A DNA stretch of 63,083 nt, the filler included, from Octopus bimaculoides (taxonomy: Eukaryota), in assembly GCF_001194135.2 (NCBI RefSeq). It is 6 parts of 6 records of this genome, joined end to end, with 100 filler letters (N's around TTAATTAATTAA, not from the genome) between each part and the next. Parts side by side here need not be neighbours in the genome. Positions count along the whole stretch, not along the records: positions 4,277 to 28,824 come from NC_068992.1; positions 28,925 to 48,343 come from NC_068986.1; 4 more parts are not named here. One strand, given 5' to 3'. Shown here one piece after another: positions 23,524 through 36,796 of this stretch. A program made the translations under genes and the position numbers. Every line of letters starts with the position of its first letter. Position 1 is the stretch's first letter. Under the pieces are notes generated by a model. That model was not told the DNA's origin and ran no database searches. It saw only the letters and a list, made by a program, of their open reading frames with translations.

Positions 23524-25122
23524 CTAATGTGAGAAATAATTAATTACATTAGAAATATCAATATGCAGAACAAAAAAAAAAAAGCCTTTATTAGATATGA
23601 AGCTGTATTTATTAAAGCATGAGTTGCTATTCAGATATTTATTTCATATCTCATATATTCCTATAATTCATTATCAACATACATCACTTCCACCCTCACC
23701 ATCAACCATCTTTATTGCCATCTGTCACTCTTTCATATACTGCTTCTATTCTATCACTGATTATCAATACCCATCATTCTCTCATTGTATTCTCTATTCT
23801 ATCCCCTTGCTTCCCTCCTTCTAACCCTATCACACCATTCAAGCTGATTCTATTCAATCTCATTGCCAACAATCATCATATAGCTATCTCTGATTCTATT
23901 CTGTCTTCTATCAGCTTTTCACCCATATCACTCTAGTTCTCTTTTATCACATTCTCAACCATGTTGCTTCTATTCAACCTCCTTACCAACAACCTGCATA
24001 TAACTCTCTGACACTCCTTCTCTCTTCTATTACTCTTTCATCTATCATCTTCTACCTATCATTCTGACTTTTCTCTTCTTTTACTCTTCTATTCCTTCCA
24101 CTCTCACTCTCTACCCACCCAGTTGTGTGAGAGAGAAAGAAATGAATACATAAAGAAGATAGAGGAACAATTTGGCCCACATTAGAGTTGCAGGAGATGA
24201 ATCAATCATCTGCTGCTGGTGAAAGACTGAACAGAGACAAGACTAAAGAGTTCCAAGTGAGACAACTTTTTCATCAAGGCACAACTTCTGTTGTGCTGGT
24301 AACATGATAAAATGCACTCAGTGCACTTTGTGAAGTGGTTGATGAATGAATACATTGTAAGGTAAGCCTCTCTAATGCTTGCCTACAATAATATCTATCC
24401 AATACATTCTGTAAAGTGGTTGGCAATGGTAAGGGTATCCAGTCTTAGAAACCATGCCAACAAATAGAATGTACAAGCAGGATTTTGGTCTCCAAAATGT
24501 CATGGATGATCATGACTTTGAACAAGAACTGAACTGGACCATAACATGCCTAACCCATGCTAGCAAAGATAAACAGATGTAAAATAATGATGATGATGGT
24601 GATGTGAGAAGCAAATTTACTCAAAAGCAAATGCTATCCTAGTTTGTTTACAGTGAAAATGTAGGAGAATTAGTCATGTTCAAAATTGACGTTTGAGGCA
24701 GACACAAAGCCTCAAACTTGAAGGAAAGATAGAATGGAATTTATTGACTCTAGTGTTTCACTTGTACTTAATTTTTATCAACCATCTGCTACAAGGATTG
24801 CACGTAAAGTTGACACTGGTTAAATTCGAAGTCATGTTTATAATTAACACAGAATAATACTGACAAAGGAAAAATACACATAAACATGCTCTGCATGAAA
24901 ATAAAACATAAAGATGGTGCTAACATATTTATTGTTCTTCCTTTAATGATGTCAGATCAATAGATGACCCCCACCACTAATAATATCGCTAACAAGTGTT
25001 ATGCGCTACTATGTGCATGTCATGACATTTTCATGGAAAAATTCAAATATGGTTTCTAGTTTTGTCCCTTGCTTTTGTTTTTTGCAAAACACCATCTTGT
25101 CAGCTCAATGCAGATAGCTTAC

Positions 25123-25192
25123 CACACGTGCTGGGCTCTGAGAATACAAAGGACCAGAATATATATACCCGCAAAGCATACTGTTTAATACC
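25123..25192 (-). CDS. Candidate exon, (R)VLNSMLCGYIYSGPLYSQSPARV
   Basis: ttgttAG ... GTG|GTAAGC; two frames open; phase 2 to 0 fits the neighbouring exons. Confidence 0.45.
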
Positions 25193-27349
25193 CTAACAAT
25201 TTCAACTAATCCACTACCCTAGAAAGTACTTTATTTTAAGGGATCTTGGAAGGACAGAAAATAAAGCTGGCATGATTTGAACACAGAACATCAAGAATTG
25301 GAACAAATATCACAATACAGTTTGCCTAATAGTAACTAATGTGTCAGTTAGCTGTTACTACCTTAATTAATTAATATAATGAAGATAGTTAAAAATAAAA
25401 TTTCTTGTTTTGATCTTTACATAAAATAATAAACTTATAATCCTTTCTATTATAGTCATGAAGCTCAAAATTTTGTGGGAGGAGGTTAGTCAATTACATC
25501 AACCCCACCACTCAACTAGTACTTATTTTATCAACCCTGAAAGAATAAAAGGCAAAGTCACACTTGATGGAATTTGAACTCAGAATGTAAAAGCTGCAAG
25601 AAATAACTGCTAAGTATTATTGGCTGGTGTGCTAATGATTCTGCCAGCTTGAGTTATAATAACTGTATAACATTTTGGCAAGTTATTAGGTAACAAAGTA
25701 TACAACGTTATGGATGCAACAGGGCCAAGTGGTTAAGAAGTTTGCTGCAGAATCATGAGGTTCCAGGTTCAATCCCAAAGAATGGCACCTTAGGCAAGCA
25801 TCTTTTACCACAGTCAAAGGTTGACACGAGCCTTGTGAGTGAACATAAGTGGACATAAACTGTGAAGAAGCTTAGTGTCTCAGTAATTTAAACATCCAGC
25901 CTTGTCACAATGAATCACGTAAAAATATACCCGTTGAGAATTATGCTAAGAGTACACTTGTCTGTGGAATATTTGAGATAATTCTGTTGATTGAACAACT
26001 GAATATTCATCATTACAACTGATGGAGATCCATTTAAAAAAAAATATTATCCATATCAAACAGTCTGAAACCTCTTTGACAGTTTATTTCATTTTTAATA
26101 CAGTGAAAAACACAAACCTTATAGATTGGAATTGGTTCAAGAACATAACTGTTAGAATTGTTCATCTTTAACTTGTTTCAATCATTGGACAGTGGTCACG
26201 CTGGGGCATCACCTTGAAAGGTTTAGTTCAACAAATTGACTTCAGTACTTTATAAGGCCTGATATTCATTCTTTTGATAGCTTTTGTCAAACCTCTAAAT
26301 TATAGGGATGTAAACAAACTAGTACCTGTTGTCACGTGGCAGTGGAGGACCAACAGAAACGCAAACACACACATAGCTATGTACATTTATGATAGGCTTC
26401 TTTCAGTTTCCACCTACCAAATGGACTCACAAAGATTTGCTTGGCCCAGGGCTATAGTAGAAGACACTTGTCTGAGGTGTCAGGCAATGGGACTGAACCC
26501 AAGACGACATGGTTAGGAAGCAAGCTTCTCAACCACATAACCATGGTTGCACTTATATGAATGTTCAACATTTCTCCTCAAACAATAAAAAATGGAATAG
26601 TTTTGGGTCCAAGGTTTCTGACTCCAAAATTCAATACATTTTGTATTAAGTAGAATATCATGTAATCACATGACCGACCATGCTATCAGATGTTGTTACA
26701 CATCGCTGGTCACAATGCGCTTTGCATTGTTTTAACCTTCAAATGATACCACCTCACTGGCTAGGTGAGCAGGCCAAAATTCTCCCCTGATTGAAAGGGG
26801 AACTGGAGCAATATGAAATGAAGTGTTTTGCTCAAGAACACAATGTGCTGCACAAGCAGGGAATCGAACTCATGATCTAGAGATCATGAGAGCAACAGCC
26901 TAACCACTAGGTCACACACCTTCACAAGTAGAATATAGTAAACATAAACCCCTTAAATGAATGTTATGCTTTTTGATATAAACACAAGGCCTGGAATTTG
27001 GGGGATGTTAGCCAATACTGTTGACCCCTTTACTTGACCAGTGATTATTCTATTGACCCTGAAAAAATGAAAGCAAAGCTGATGTTGATAGAATTTGAAA
27101 CCAGAAGAAATGTCACTTTTGTTTGATGTGCTAACGATTTTGCCAGAAACAAAATGGCTTAAGAGATACGTTATAATTCCAATTAATAAATGTAAATTAA
27201 ATCTGTTGAATTTTGTGTAGGCAGTAAGTCAATAGAGAGAGTGTTATGTTTAAGAACTGTAGACTCCCCTGTCACAAACAGATGAGGGTTCCACAAATTC
27301 TTACTGAACAACCTGCACAGGTGACTTTGTGCATGCCTGTTAATTGTAG

Positions 27350-27712
27350 TTGTCTGTCTTTACGTTCTGAGTTCAATTTCTGGGGGTGATAAATTAAGTA
27401 CCAGTTGCATACTGGGGTCGATCTAATCGACTGGCCACCTCCTTGAAAATTTCGGGCCTTGTGCCTAGAGTAGAAAAGAATATTTTCAATTGTATTAAAG
27501 TGAGGAGCCAGCAGAATTGTTAGCACATCGGGCAAAATGCTTAGTGATGTTTCATATGTCTTTAAGTTCTGAGGTCAAATTCTGCTGAGGTCAACTTTGC
27601 TTCTCATCCTTTCAGGGTCAATATATTAAGTACCAGTTGAGCATTGGAGTCGATGTAATCAACTTACCATCACCCCCGAAATTGCTGGCCTTGTGCCAAT
27701 ATTTGAAACCTA
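27350..27712 (+). mobile_element. Two tandem family B SINE copies
   Basis: Family B core twice; the first copy retains CpGs (gtcgatctaatcgactgg). Confidence 0.8.
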
Positions 27713-27746
27713 TATTTCAATGGTATTTATGTACATGACTACATAC

Positions 27747-27784
27747 CTCATCTTTAACCTAAGTAGGATTTCTAGAATAGCTGC
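27747..27784 (-). CDS. Candidate exon, AAILEILLRLKM(R)
   Basis: Poly-T tract then gtgaAG; GAG|GTATGT; single open frame; phase 0 to 2. Confidence 0.5.
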
Positions 27785-28251
27785 CTTCACAGAACAAAAA
27801 AAAAAAAATATTTATGCACCTAATTAAAATTTTTAAAAAAATTAGTTCTTTTTTTTTTTCAAAATAAAATAAACCTTGTTTGTAATTCTCCTAAGGTATT
27901 TTTCTCCTCAATTTCACATTTATAAATGCTTAAATTTTATTTCTAAATAATTTCTTTTCTATCACAATGACANNNNNNNNNNAAAAAAAAAAAAAAAAAG
28001 AAAATTTGTTAACAACACACACACTCATGAATATTATTTTATTTACATAGATTTTTATTTTTCATAGGCAAAAGATGTCAGACCTTCTAAAGAATCAGAA
28101 GTTAGATTATATAATGTGCTTAACATTTTCAAGAATATGAGCAACATAGTTTAATCCTTTCTTGAATCACACGGCCCCGTAGGTTTTCCATTTCTTAATT
28201 CTGCTCAAAGAAGCAGATTAGAGACAAAAAAACTCCCACTGAATAGCATAC

Positions 28252-28315
28252 CAATCTTTCATCACAAGTAACATTTCTCAGAAGTTCTGATAACTTTCCC
28301 CCCAAAAACTTAGTT
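28252..28315 (-). CDS. Candidate exon, (R)TKFLGGKLSELLRNVTCDERL
   Basis: T42 tract then gtcAG; TTG|GTATGC; single open frame; phase 2 to 0. Confidence 0.5.
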
Positions 28316-28319
28316 CTGA

Positions 28320-28363
<44 letters not shown>

Positions 28364-28924
28364 ATAAATAATATGTCTTGTTTGCAGATCCATCAAAATA
28401 CTTGCAGTGGGTTTGAACCCATGAACCATGAGCTAATAGTCCTATAATCATATCAACCCCAACCATTTTAATCTCTTCTAGCAGTAATAACATGTGTCAA
28501 GAGACTCAAGAACTCAGGTGGAATGGTACTTAGCCTAAACTAATAGCAATCACCTTGCAACTTTGCATCAATATTTAATGATTTAGCTTACACACATACA
28601 TACATACATACTTACATATATATATATATAATCATTTTATATATATATATGTACATATATATTTATGCATGTATATGTGCATACATATATATATACATAT
28701 ATATATATATAATCATTTTATATATATATATGTACATATATATTTATGCATGTATATGTGCATACATATATATATACATATATATATATATAATCATTTT
28801 ATATATATATATGTACATATATATNNNNNNNNNNNNNNNNNNNNNNNNNNNNNNNNNNNNNNNNNNNNTTAATTAATTAANNNNNNNNNNNNNNNNNNNN
28901 NNNNNNNNNNNNNNNNNNNNNNNN

Positions 28925-29171
28925 GGACTGGTTCTTGTGCGGGTGGCACATAAAAGACACCATTTCGAGCGTGGCCGTTTTCGTGCGGGTGACACGTAAA
29001 AGCACCCACTACACTCTCTGAGTGGTTGGCGTTAGGAAGGGCATCCAGCTGTAGAAACTCTGCCAAATCAGACTGGAGCCTGGTGTTGCCATCCGGTTTC
29101 ACCAGTCCTCAGTCAAATCGTCCAACCCATGCTAGCATGGAAAGCGGACGTTAAACGATGATGATGATGAT
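28925..29171 (+). mobile_element. SINE family E with tandem internal domain and (GAT)n tail
   Basis: Repeated gtgcgggtggcac..aaaag units followed by the tail identical to 19146. Confidence 0.85.
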
Positions 29172-29643
29172 ACATATATATGCATGCATATACATATATA
29201 CATGCATAAATATACATATATGCGTACATATACATATATGTGTATGCCTATATATACATACAAGCATACATTTACATATATACACATTCATTTATATGCA
29301 TACATATAAATGTAATGGTAGTCATTGAGACAGTTCTGACATTTCTCACAGAACAACCTGCACAGATGATTTGTTTATAGTGATCAAATGTTTGTGTCAA
29401 AGTGATCGCAGAGCAATGCAAAATGAAGTGTTTTGCTCAAGTACAATGCACTGCCCAGTCTGGGAATTGAATCCACAATCTCAAAATCACGTATGCAACA
29501 TGCTAACCACTAGGTCACATGCCCTCACATACACATATACATATATGAATACATATACACATGTATACATACATATATACAAACATACATACATATAGAT
29601 AAGTTTATGTACGTACATATACATACATACAACGTATATATGC

Positions 29644-29674
<31 letters not shown>

Positions 29675-29725
29675 TATTATGCATACAATATATATGTGTG
29701 TGTGTGTGTGTGTGTGTACAATATC

Positions 29726-29767
<42 letters not shown>

Positions 29768-30309
29768 TATTATTTACTTGTTTCAGGCATTTGTCTGCAG
29801 TCATACTGGGGCTCCATTTTGAATCAACCCAGTACTTTTTTCAAGCCTAGTTCTTATCCTAACGGTCTCTCTTGCCTAACTGCTTAGTTACAGGGACACA
29901 AACACACCAACACCAGTTGCCAAGAGTGGCAATCGGAGGAAAGTACAGCGACAAGGACACATAAACTTGTACACACATACACACACACACACACATATAT
30001 ATATCTGATAATATATCTGAAAATTCATCGGAGTCCACTTCAATTTGTCTTAACTTTCAAGAAAATGGATATTTTTTTATGAAATTCTCTACAAATATAC
30101 CTTGGACTATGTAGATTCTGAGAACATACGATTTTTCTATCTTTAAGTCAACGTTTCTAATAGAAAGGCAGAAGACAGCAGAAGCAAAAATAAGGAATAT
30201 ACACACAGTTAAATATAGAAGTGTAAAGTATAATCTCTATAATAAACATGATATTGAATGGAATAAGTCCTCGTTTGAACTTTTTTAATTACATATATTT
30301 GTTTCTGAG

Positions 30310-32154
30310 TGGGGAACAGTTCTCAAAAATTACTCAGAGTGCTACTATCTAAGGCTTCTATTATACCATGTCAAGGGACCCACATCATTTACAGCCTTGC
30401 ATACGGTTGATAACACAGTATGTCAAGCATATCACCAGGCTTGCCATCTCAGAGGTCTTCTGGAAGATGATGCACACTGGGATGCCACTCTGACAGTGGT
30501 ACAAATGTGCAAGTCTCCTATGCAGCTGAGAAACCTCTTCTCCATCATGCTGGTGAACTGTGAATTGTCAAATTCAAATCAACTTCGATAGAAAACAAGG
30601 AGGGGCTTTCTGAAGACATTCTTCAAAGAATTCAATATCAGTGTGAGGCATTAAGATTAAAAGACAACTGGATGGAAACAAACTTGAAATCTATGGTCTT
30701 CCAGCTCCTATGAGAGATGTTCAACACAGATTAGCACAAGAGATAATCAGGGAACCATCATACAACATGGAAAGTTTGCAAGCAGTTGTCAATGAAAAGG
30801 AACCAATTCTGGTACAGGATCAAAAGGAAGTATTCTGGCAAGTTCTTACATCTGTAGACAATAACACTGGTGGGGTCTTCTTCTTAGATGCTCCAGGAGG
30901 CACAGGAAAGACATTATTGATCAACCTGCTCCTTGCCAAGGTGAGACAAAAGAAAAAGATTGCTCTGGTTGTTGCATCCTCTGGAATTGCAGCCACACTC
31001 CTAACAGGTGGAAGAACAGCCCATTCAACATTCAAGCAGTCTCTGAACCTCATCCAAAATTAATCTCTTTTATGCAACATATCCAAGAATACAGCATTAG
31101 CAAAGCTCCTTACAGATGCCAAACTCATTGTCTGGGATGAGGCAATAATGTTCCATAAGGCAGCCTTTGAAGCACTTGGTACAACACTACAGGACTTGAG
31201 AAACAATAAGATCATGGGTGGTGTCACCCTCCTCATGGCTGGTGACTTCAGGCAAATGCTGCCTGTCATTCCCAGAGGAACAAGGGCAGATGAGCTGAGA
31301 GCTTGCATCAAGTCCTCATATATCTGGTAACATGTCAAGCAGCTTACTCTGATAACCAACATGGTGACCCATTAGCTACACAGTTCTCCAACAACTTACT
31401 TGACATTGGAAATGGAAAACTTCCACAAGATCCAGAAGGTAGTCTGCACCACCTCCCATGTGGTAATATGACTGCCTCCCTTGAAGATCTGAAGAGCAAA
31501 GTGTTTCCAAACATTGCCACAAACTATAAAAGTCACAAGTGGCTATGTGAAAGAACAATTCTGGCACCAAGGAATGATGCTGTAGACAAGCTGAATCTAA
31601 ATTTGTTGTCTCAGCTTCCAGGACCTGAATGTTCATACAGATCGATTGACTCTGTCCCTGATCAAGAACAGGTAACACATTACCCTGTGGAGTTCCTCAA
31701 TTCACTTCACCTACCAGGATTTTCACCACACATTCTGATCATGAAAACAGGTGCTCCCATAATGTTATCAAGAAACCTTGATGCACCCAGATTCTGCAAT
31801 GGAACAAGGTTGGTTGTTAAAACAGCCATGCACTATGTGTTGGAAGCAACAATAATAATACACAACATGATGGGTGAGAATGCATTCATTCCAAGGATAC
31901 CTCTCATCTCAAATGATCTCCCCTTTCAGTTCAAAAGACTGCAGTTTCCTGTCAAACTTCGCTTTGCAATGTCTATCAACGAAGCACAAGGTCAATCTCT
32001 AAAGGTGATGGGACTTAACCTCCTTCAACCTTGCTTCTCACATGGTCATCTGTATGTTGGATGTTCTAGAGTTGAAGATGAAAAGAACCTCTACATTCTC
32101 AGTGATAAACATAGTATCACAGAAAACACAGTATATGAAGAAGCACTTACATGA
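30310..32154 (+). pseudogene. Helitron RepHel pseudogene, PIF1-like helicase part
   Basis: SECYYLRLLLYHVKGPTSF..GLLEDDAHW; Walker A DAPGGTGKT; ASSGIAATLL.GGRTAHS; IVWDEA; GDFRQMLPV; QFPVKLRFAMSINEAQGQSL. In-frame stops at 30589, 31061 and 31328 plus frameshifts. Confidence 0.95.
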
Positions 32155-32593
32155 ATAGTAGTTCAATGTCATATACAGAAGTGTAAAACCATTGAGTGTT
32201 AAAGTATTACTATTACACTTTCACTTTTCAACTGACATGCGTGAATGTATATCTGTGTGTATAAAAGTGAAATAATAACGTGATATATTCGCTGTGTGTG
32301 TGTGTGTGTGTGTACTTTATACATGGCCTTTCGTTGTTTATAANNNNNNNNNNTTATACATGGCCTTTCGTTGTTTATAATCTGTACCTGTTTTTTTTTT
32401 TTTTGTTACAAAAGAAGTTGGACAAACATGTATTTACTTTATATACATATATGAGTTGAAAACTTTTTCACATTTCACTTAATATCTATGTTCCATACTG
32501 GCATGGGTTGCAGAGTTATGTAGAAAGTTGGTATCTCAGCAGTTTAGACCTGCGTAATCAAGACGGCGTTTTAAAATTTCATTATTTTCTTTA

Positions 32594-32622
32594 ACCCGGG
32601 CAACGCCGGGTATTTCTGCTAG
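32594..32622 (+). mobile_element. Helitron 3' terminus (GC hairpin plus CTAG)
   Basis: ACCCGG-GCAACG-CCGGGT, 7 nt, then CTAG followed by T. Confidence 0.85.
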
Positions 32623-34284
32623 TGTGTGTGTGTGTGTGTGTGTACATATATATATATGTATATACATATACACACACACGTTGGTTTCATTTCTACCAAA
32701 CTCGCACACATGGCTTTGGTCGGCTATAGCCCAAGATACCACGCAGTGAGACTGAACCCGGAACCATGTGGTTGGGAAACAAACTTCATACCACAAAAAC
32801 ACGCCTGCAATACATATCTATATATTTATTATACATACATATGCATACACACACAGAGACAGATACATACATATGTATACATATTTGGGAAATGAATGCT
32901 GGAAGACTTGTCATATAGATATGTGTGTCCCGAGAGCGAGGTGTCCTTGTCTTGACATTGCATGATAATTCTGAAACGACTGTCATTGTCATTCAAGCGG
33001 TACCATTTACTTCCAGTCTTCTTTGAAAACACGTCCGATCAAAGAGAAACATTACATTGCTTGGAAACAAGAGAGGGTTAGCAACAGGAAGGGTAATCTG
33101 AGGAAAATCTGCCTCGCTGAATTCTGTTTGAGCCATGCGCGTATAGAAAAGTGAACATCAAAAATAAGATGCTAATGACCATCATTCATTATTTTTTATT
33201 TGTGACATCACGCCGGGTAAGCGCCAAAACAGAAAATTTTCAAATGAAAAATAAGTTGGCTGGCTTGATTCCTTGCACATGCAAAAAAAAAAGTATTCAA
33301 AACGTTAAGAGGGAACAAAGTTTCGGGGATTAGGGATTAGAGTTAAATCTGAGGTTAAGAGCTAGGGGTTAGGGTTTACGGCTAGAGTTTAAAGTTACAC
33401 TAATGATCGCAAATTATTTTTAGATTCCACTTTTTTAAAATTTTGTTTTAAACTACAGTTTAGCTATTTCACAGTTACACATCGGATGCTACGCTTTTTC
33501 TAACACTGTTTCATCCATGAACAGGGTGCTTTTTTTTTTTTTTTGCATAACCTAAATGCTCCGTTTCGGACCTTAGACTAAATTCTGGGATACAGTAAAT
33601 ATTTGTTAAAATATCCGAAAATATAAACAAATATCTGTTTAGTAATATTTAAGGTACATCTCTGTGTATGCAGTGAAAGAAATGAAAAAAGAAAATTCTA
33701 AGACGCGATTATTACACAAACAAGTGAGTGTCTGTGTATGTATAAGAAGATGGTTATTATTGAAACACAAATTGCATACTTGTCGAGGATACAGTCGAGC
33801 GTTAAAATTTAGATATAGAAAAGAAAATCATTCTCATTTTATATATTTCGGAAAACATTCCAACATTAATCAATTTAACTTTTTTTAACATTAAAAATAA
33901 CTGTCTTCTTTTAATTTTTTTATTCTAATATATTATTATCATTAGTTGTACTTCAGAGATTATTAAATAGATCTAAGCAAAACAACTGTTTTTGATTTTT
34001 CAGTCATTGAATATACATACATATTGTTTGCCTTTATAAGGAGGCACCGAAAGAGTGGAAGAAATGTAATACTTTTAACTTACCAATTCTAATTTGCAAT
34101 CATAGAATAAAAATGTACACATTGGCCGAGTGGTTTTCAGAAAAAAATAGGTGAAACATAACAGTACATTAAAAATGTAATGAGGGACAAAAAAAGATTT
34201 TGCTGTATCAATAAAGCCAGTCATTTTTCTCAGAATAAACTAGCAACCGGTGAACTAAGAGGAATTCAAATAGAGTTACCTCAC

Positions 34285-34292
34285 CTTGCCAT
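34285..34292 (-). CDS. Candidate start exon ATG GCA AG of the minus-strand gene
   Basis: aagATGGCAAG|GTGAGG; phase 2 matches exon 28315; CpG-retaining surroundings. Confidence 0.35.
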
Positions 34293-34424
34293 CTTTTCGT
34301 TACCAGATGGTAACGAAGTTGAAATATTCGGCAAAGACTAAAATTCGAGACTTGAAAGATGTATCTCAATCATGGGCAACCTGCTGCCTGCAGGGACTTT
34401 CCGAACGGCGTGCTTAAAGTAATA

Positions 34425-34628
34425 TTCTTTTCTACTCTAGGCACAGGGCCCGAAATTTTATGGGAAGGAGTCAGTCGATTAGATCGACCTCAGTATAGTA
34501 CCCCTGGTACTTAATTTATCGACCCCAAAAGGATGAAAGGTAAAATCGACCTCGGCGGAATTTGAACTAAGAACGTAAAGATAGACGAAATACCGCTAAA
34601 CATTTCCTCCGACGTGCTAACGTTTCTA
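34425..34628 (-). mobile_element. Family B SINE with CpGs preserved
   Basis: gtcgattagatcgacc..atcgacctcggcggaatttgaac intact. Confidence 0.85.
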
Positions 34629-34739
34629 GATAGATCTTGTGACATCGCAACTCATTTCTACAGCTGAGTGAACGTGAAATAAAGTGTCTTGCTCAAGAAC
34701 ACCACATGCAGCTTGAACTCACGAAGTTACAAGAAATGC

Positions 34740-34990
34740 TAGACCTTATCATCACAGATGATTTCTCCTGGTGGTCTCACATTCTCATCATAGCCAACAA
34801 ACTGTACCATAACAAATACTCTTTCTGTTTAGAACCAGAAAATACTTCAGCTTCCAGTAATTACTAACACTATCCAAAACTCAAGTGACACCCATTATGG
34901 AACATTGCTCCCACTTCTGGGGTAGTACTGCTACTACACACACAGAAATCCTAAACTGCAACAAGCAAAAACAATGTTCATACACTTTCA
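34740..34990 (+). mobile_element. Decayed LINE RT C-terminal fragment (Jockey/I-like)
   Basis: DLIITDDFSWWSHILIIANK..KTQVTPIMEHCSHFWG. Confidence 0.6.
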
Positions 34991-36274
34991 CACCATATGG
35001 GAAGTGGCAGTATATTGAATCACAGTCTGCATTTATTACTGGGAGTGAAGATAAGCAGTGTTGTTATTTGCACTGGACACCAGCGACAATTTTGTATAAA
35101 TAAGCATGTGTGTGTTTTACTTTAAGAAGGAAAAGGCTGATGGTGACTTCAAAATTTCAGCTCATTTGATGAAGGCAAATGAGCTGATGTACAATTGAAC
35201 CGAAACGTTGAAGTCACTGACAATATTTTGGAGAATTGATCTTGTTGAGAAACATGTCAAGGATTGTCACTGTGCTTCAGTAAATCCAGCTAATTAACTA
35301 ATTTGAATAACAGATGATGTGAAGTGACAGGTGAAGTGTAATACTTTGAAATTTTCATATATAGTAAAATATGGTGACAAAATAATGATCAAAGGATTCT
35401 ATTGGTGCTACCCTAACTATTAATGAACAGAAGATACAATTAAAGATTCTTTCCTGTTTGCTGCTGTTTACTTAAACTTAAGAATAATGGGAAAGTTGAG
35501 AAAGTCTTTGTAATTCCATTCCTTAAAGGAAACTTTTGTTTAACTTAGTATTTTTTTCTTTCATTCTTTATTTTTATTACTAGCATTCCCATGTTGGCAA
35601 AAATGCTGGCAGATTAATTAATGATAGAAAATGGCATATCAATACAATGGGGTAAACTATTAATAATTGTCAACAATCTAGTAAATATATGTACATACAC
35701 ACAATTGAAGCACTTAAATAAGATCTAATGTCTCATTTGAAAATATCACCCACATAATGTATGGTTGTGCATACGCACACACACACATGTACATATATAT
35801 ACACACACACTTACACATACTTATTTTATAGACATTCTTGTCCCTCTCTTTCTCACTTTCTCTCTCTATATATATGTGTGTATGTATATATACATATACT
35901 CATACATATGCATACCTGTTCATGAACATTTATGCATGGACATACATATGTAGTGCGGCTGAGAACTGTATATAATTTCTTTCTTTATATATATATATGT
36001 ATACGCACAGGCATATATTTGTTTCTTTTTTTTTTAGATCGATGAAATCATTTTATTGTTTGTAACATATATGCCTCTTTGTGAGTGTGTGTGTATGTGT
36101 GCATGTATGTGTGTGAAATGGATAAATATAATTTACAATTAAAAATTCATTGGTTGATTCATTGACAACATGTTTCAGTCTTATTAGACTTCCTTAATAA
36201 AGCAGTCTTAGCAAATCATAGAATAACAGACAGTATTTTTTTTTTTTTGTGTAAGGATTACTCACTGATTAGAC

Positions 36275-36521
36275 CAGTGGTTCTGGACCATTTTTTGCCT
36301 ATGGACCCCTTTAATTTGTATTATACTGGACCTTCATAGCCATTCGATGTATATGAAATAAAAACATCCTACTGTATTTTTTATAATCAAATATGAATTG
36401 TTTTAAAATAAAAAAATAAAAATCTTTTGTGTATTATGGAAGTATAAGCAATTTATTGTAAATAAATTTTAACAACAAAATCTTATATAGGTCCCAAGGG
36501 CATATAGGTTGAGGGACACTG
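36275..36521. mobile_element. hAT-type MITE with perfect 8-bp TSD
   Basis: CAGTGGTTCTGGACC...GGTTGAGGGACACTG; GATTAGAC at 36267-74 and 36522-29. Confidence 0.85.
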
Positions 36522-36796
36522 GATTAGACTATTTAAATATTACGCTAGTCCACACTTAACTATATATTTTTGATGCAGAATACATCCTTGGGAAATTAGC
36601 CAACGTAATTAATTAGCTCGATACAGCAAGCACTATTAAGAATTGAAGCCAAAATCGAAAGGAGCCAACAAATTGCATATTAATAACATGTTGGACGAGA
36701 CAGTCGAGCGGATAAAGTAAACATAGGTCAAGAGTTCAAATCCGTTATTGGCGTTTCATTCAATGTTTCAAGACAAAACGCTGTTTCATTCGTTAC

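Noticed and set aside
28078-28362. Plus-strand acceptor, short ORF and A42 run as a terminal exon or retrocopy
   Set aside because: All frames stop early, no AATAAA near the run, no TSD; the run works better as the minus-strand polypyrimidine tract.
32316-32380. 27-bp direct repeat around a 10-N gap (similar case at about 62200-62300)
   Set aside because: Typical unmerged contig overlap.
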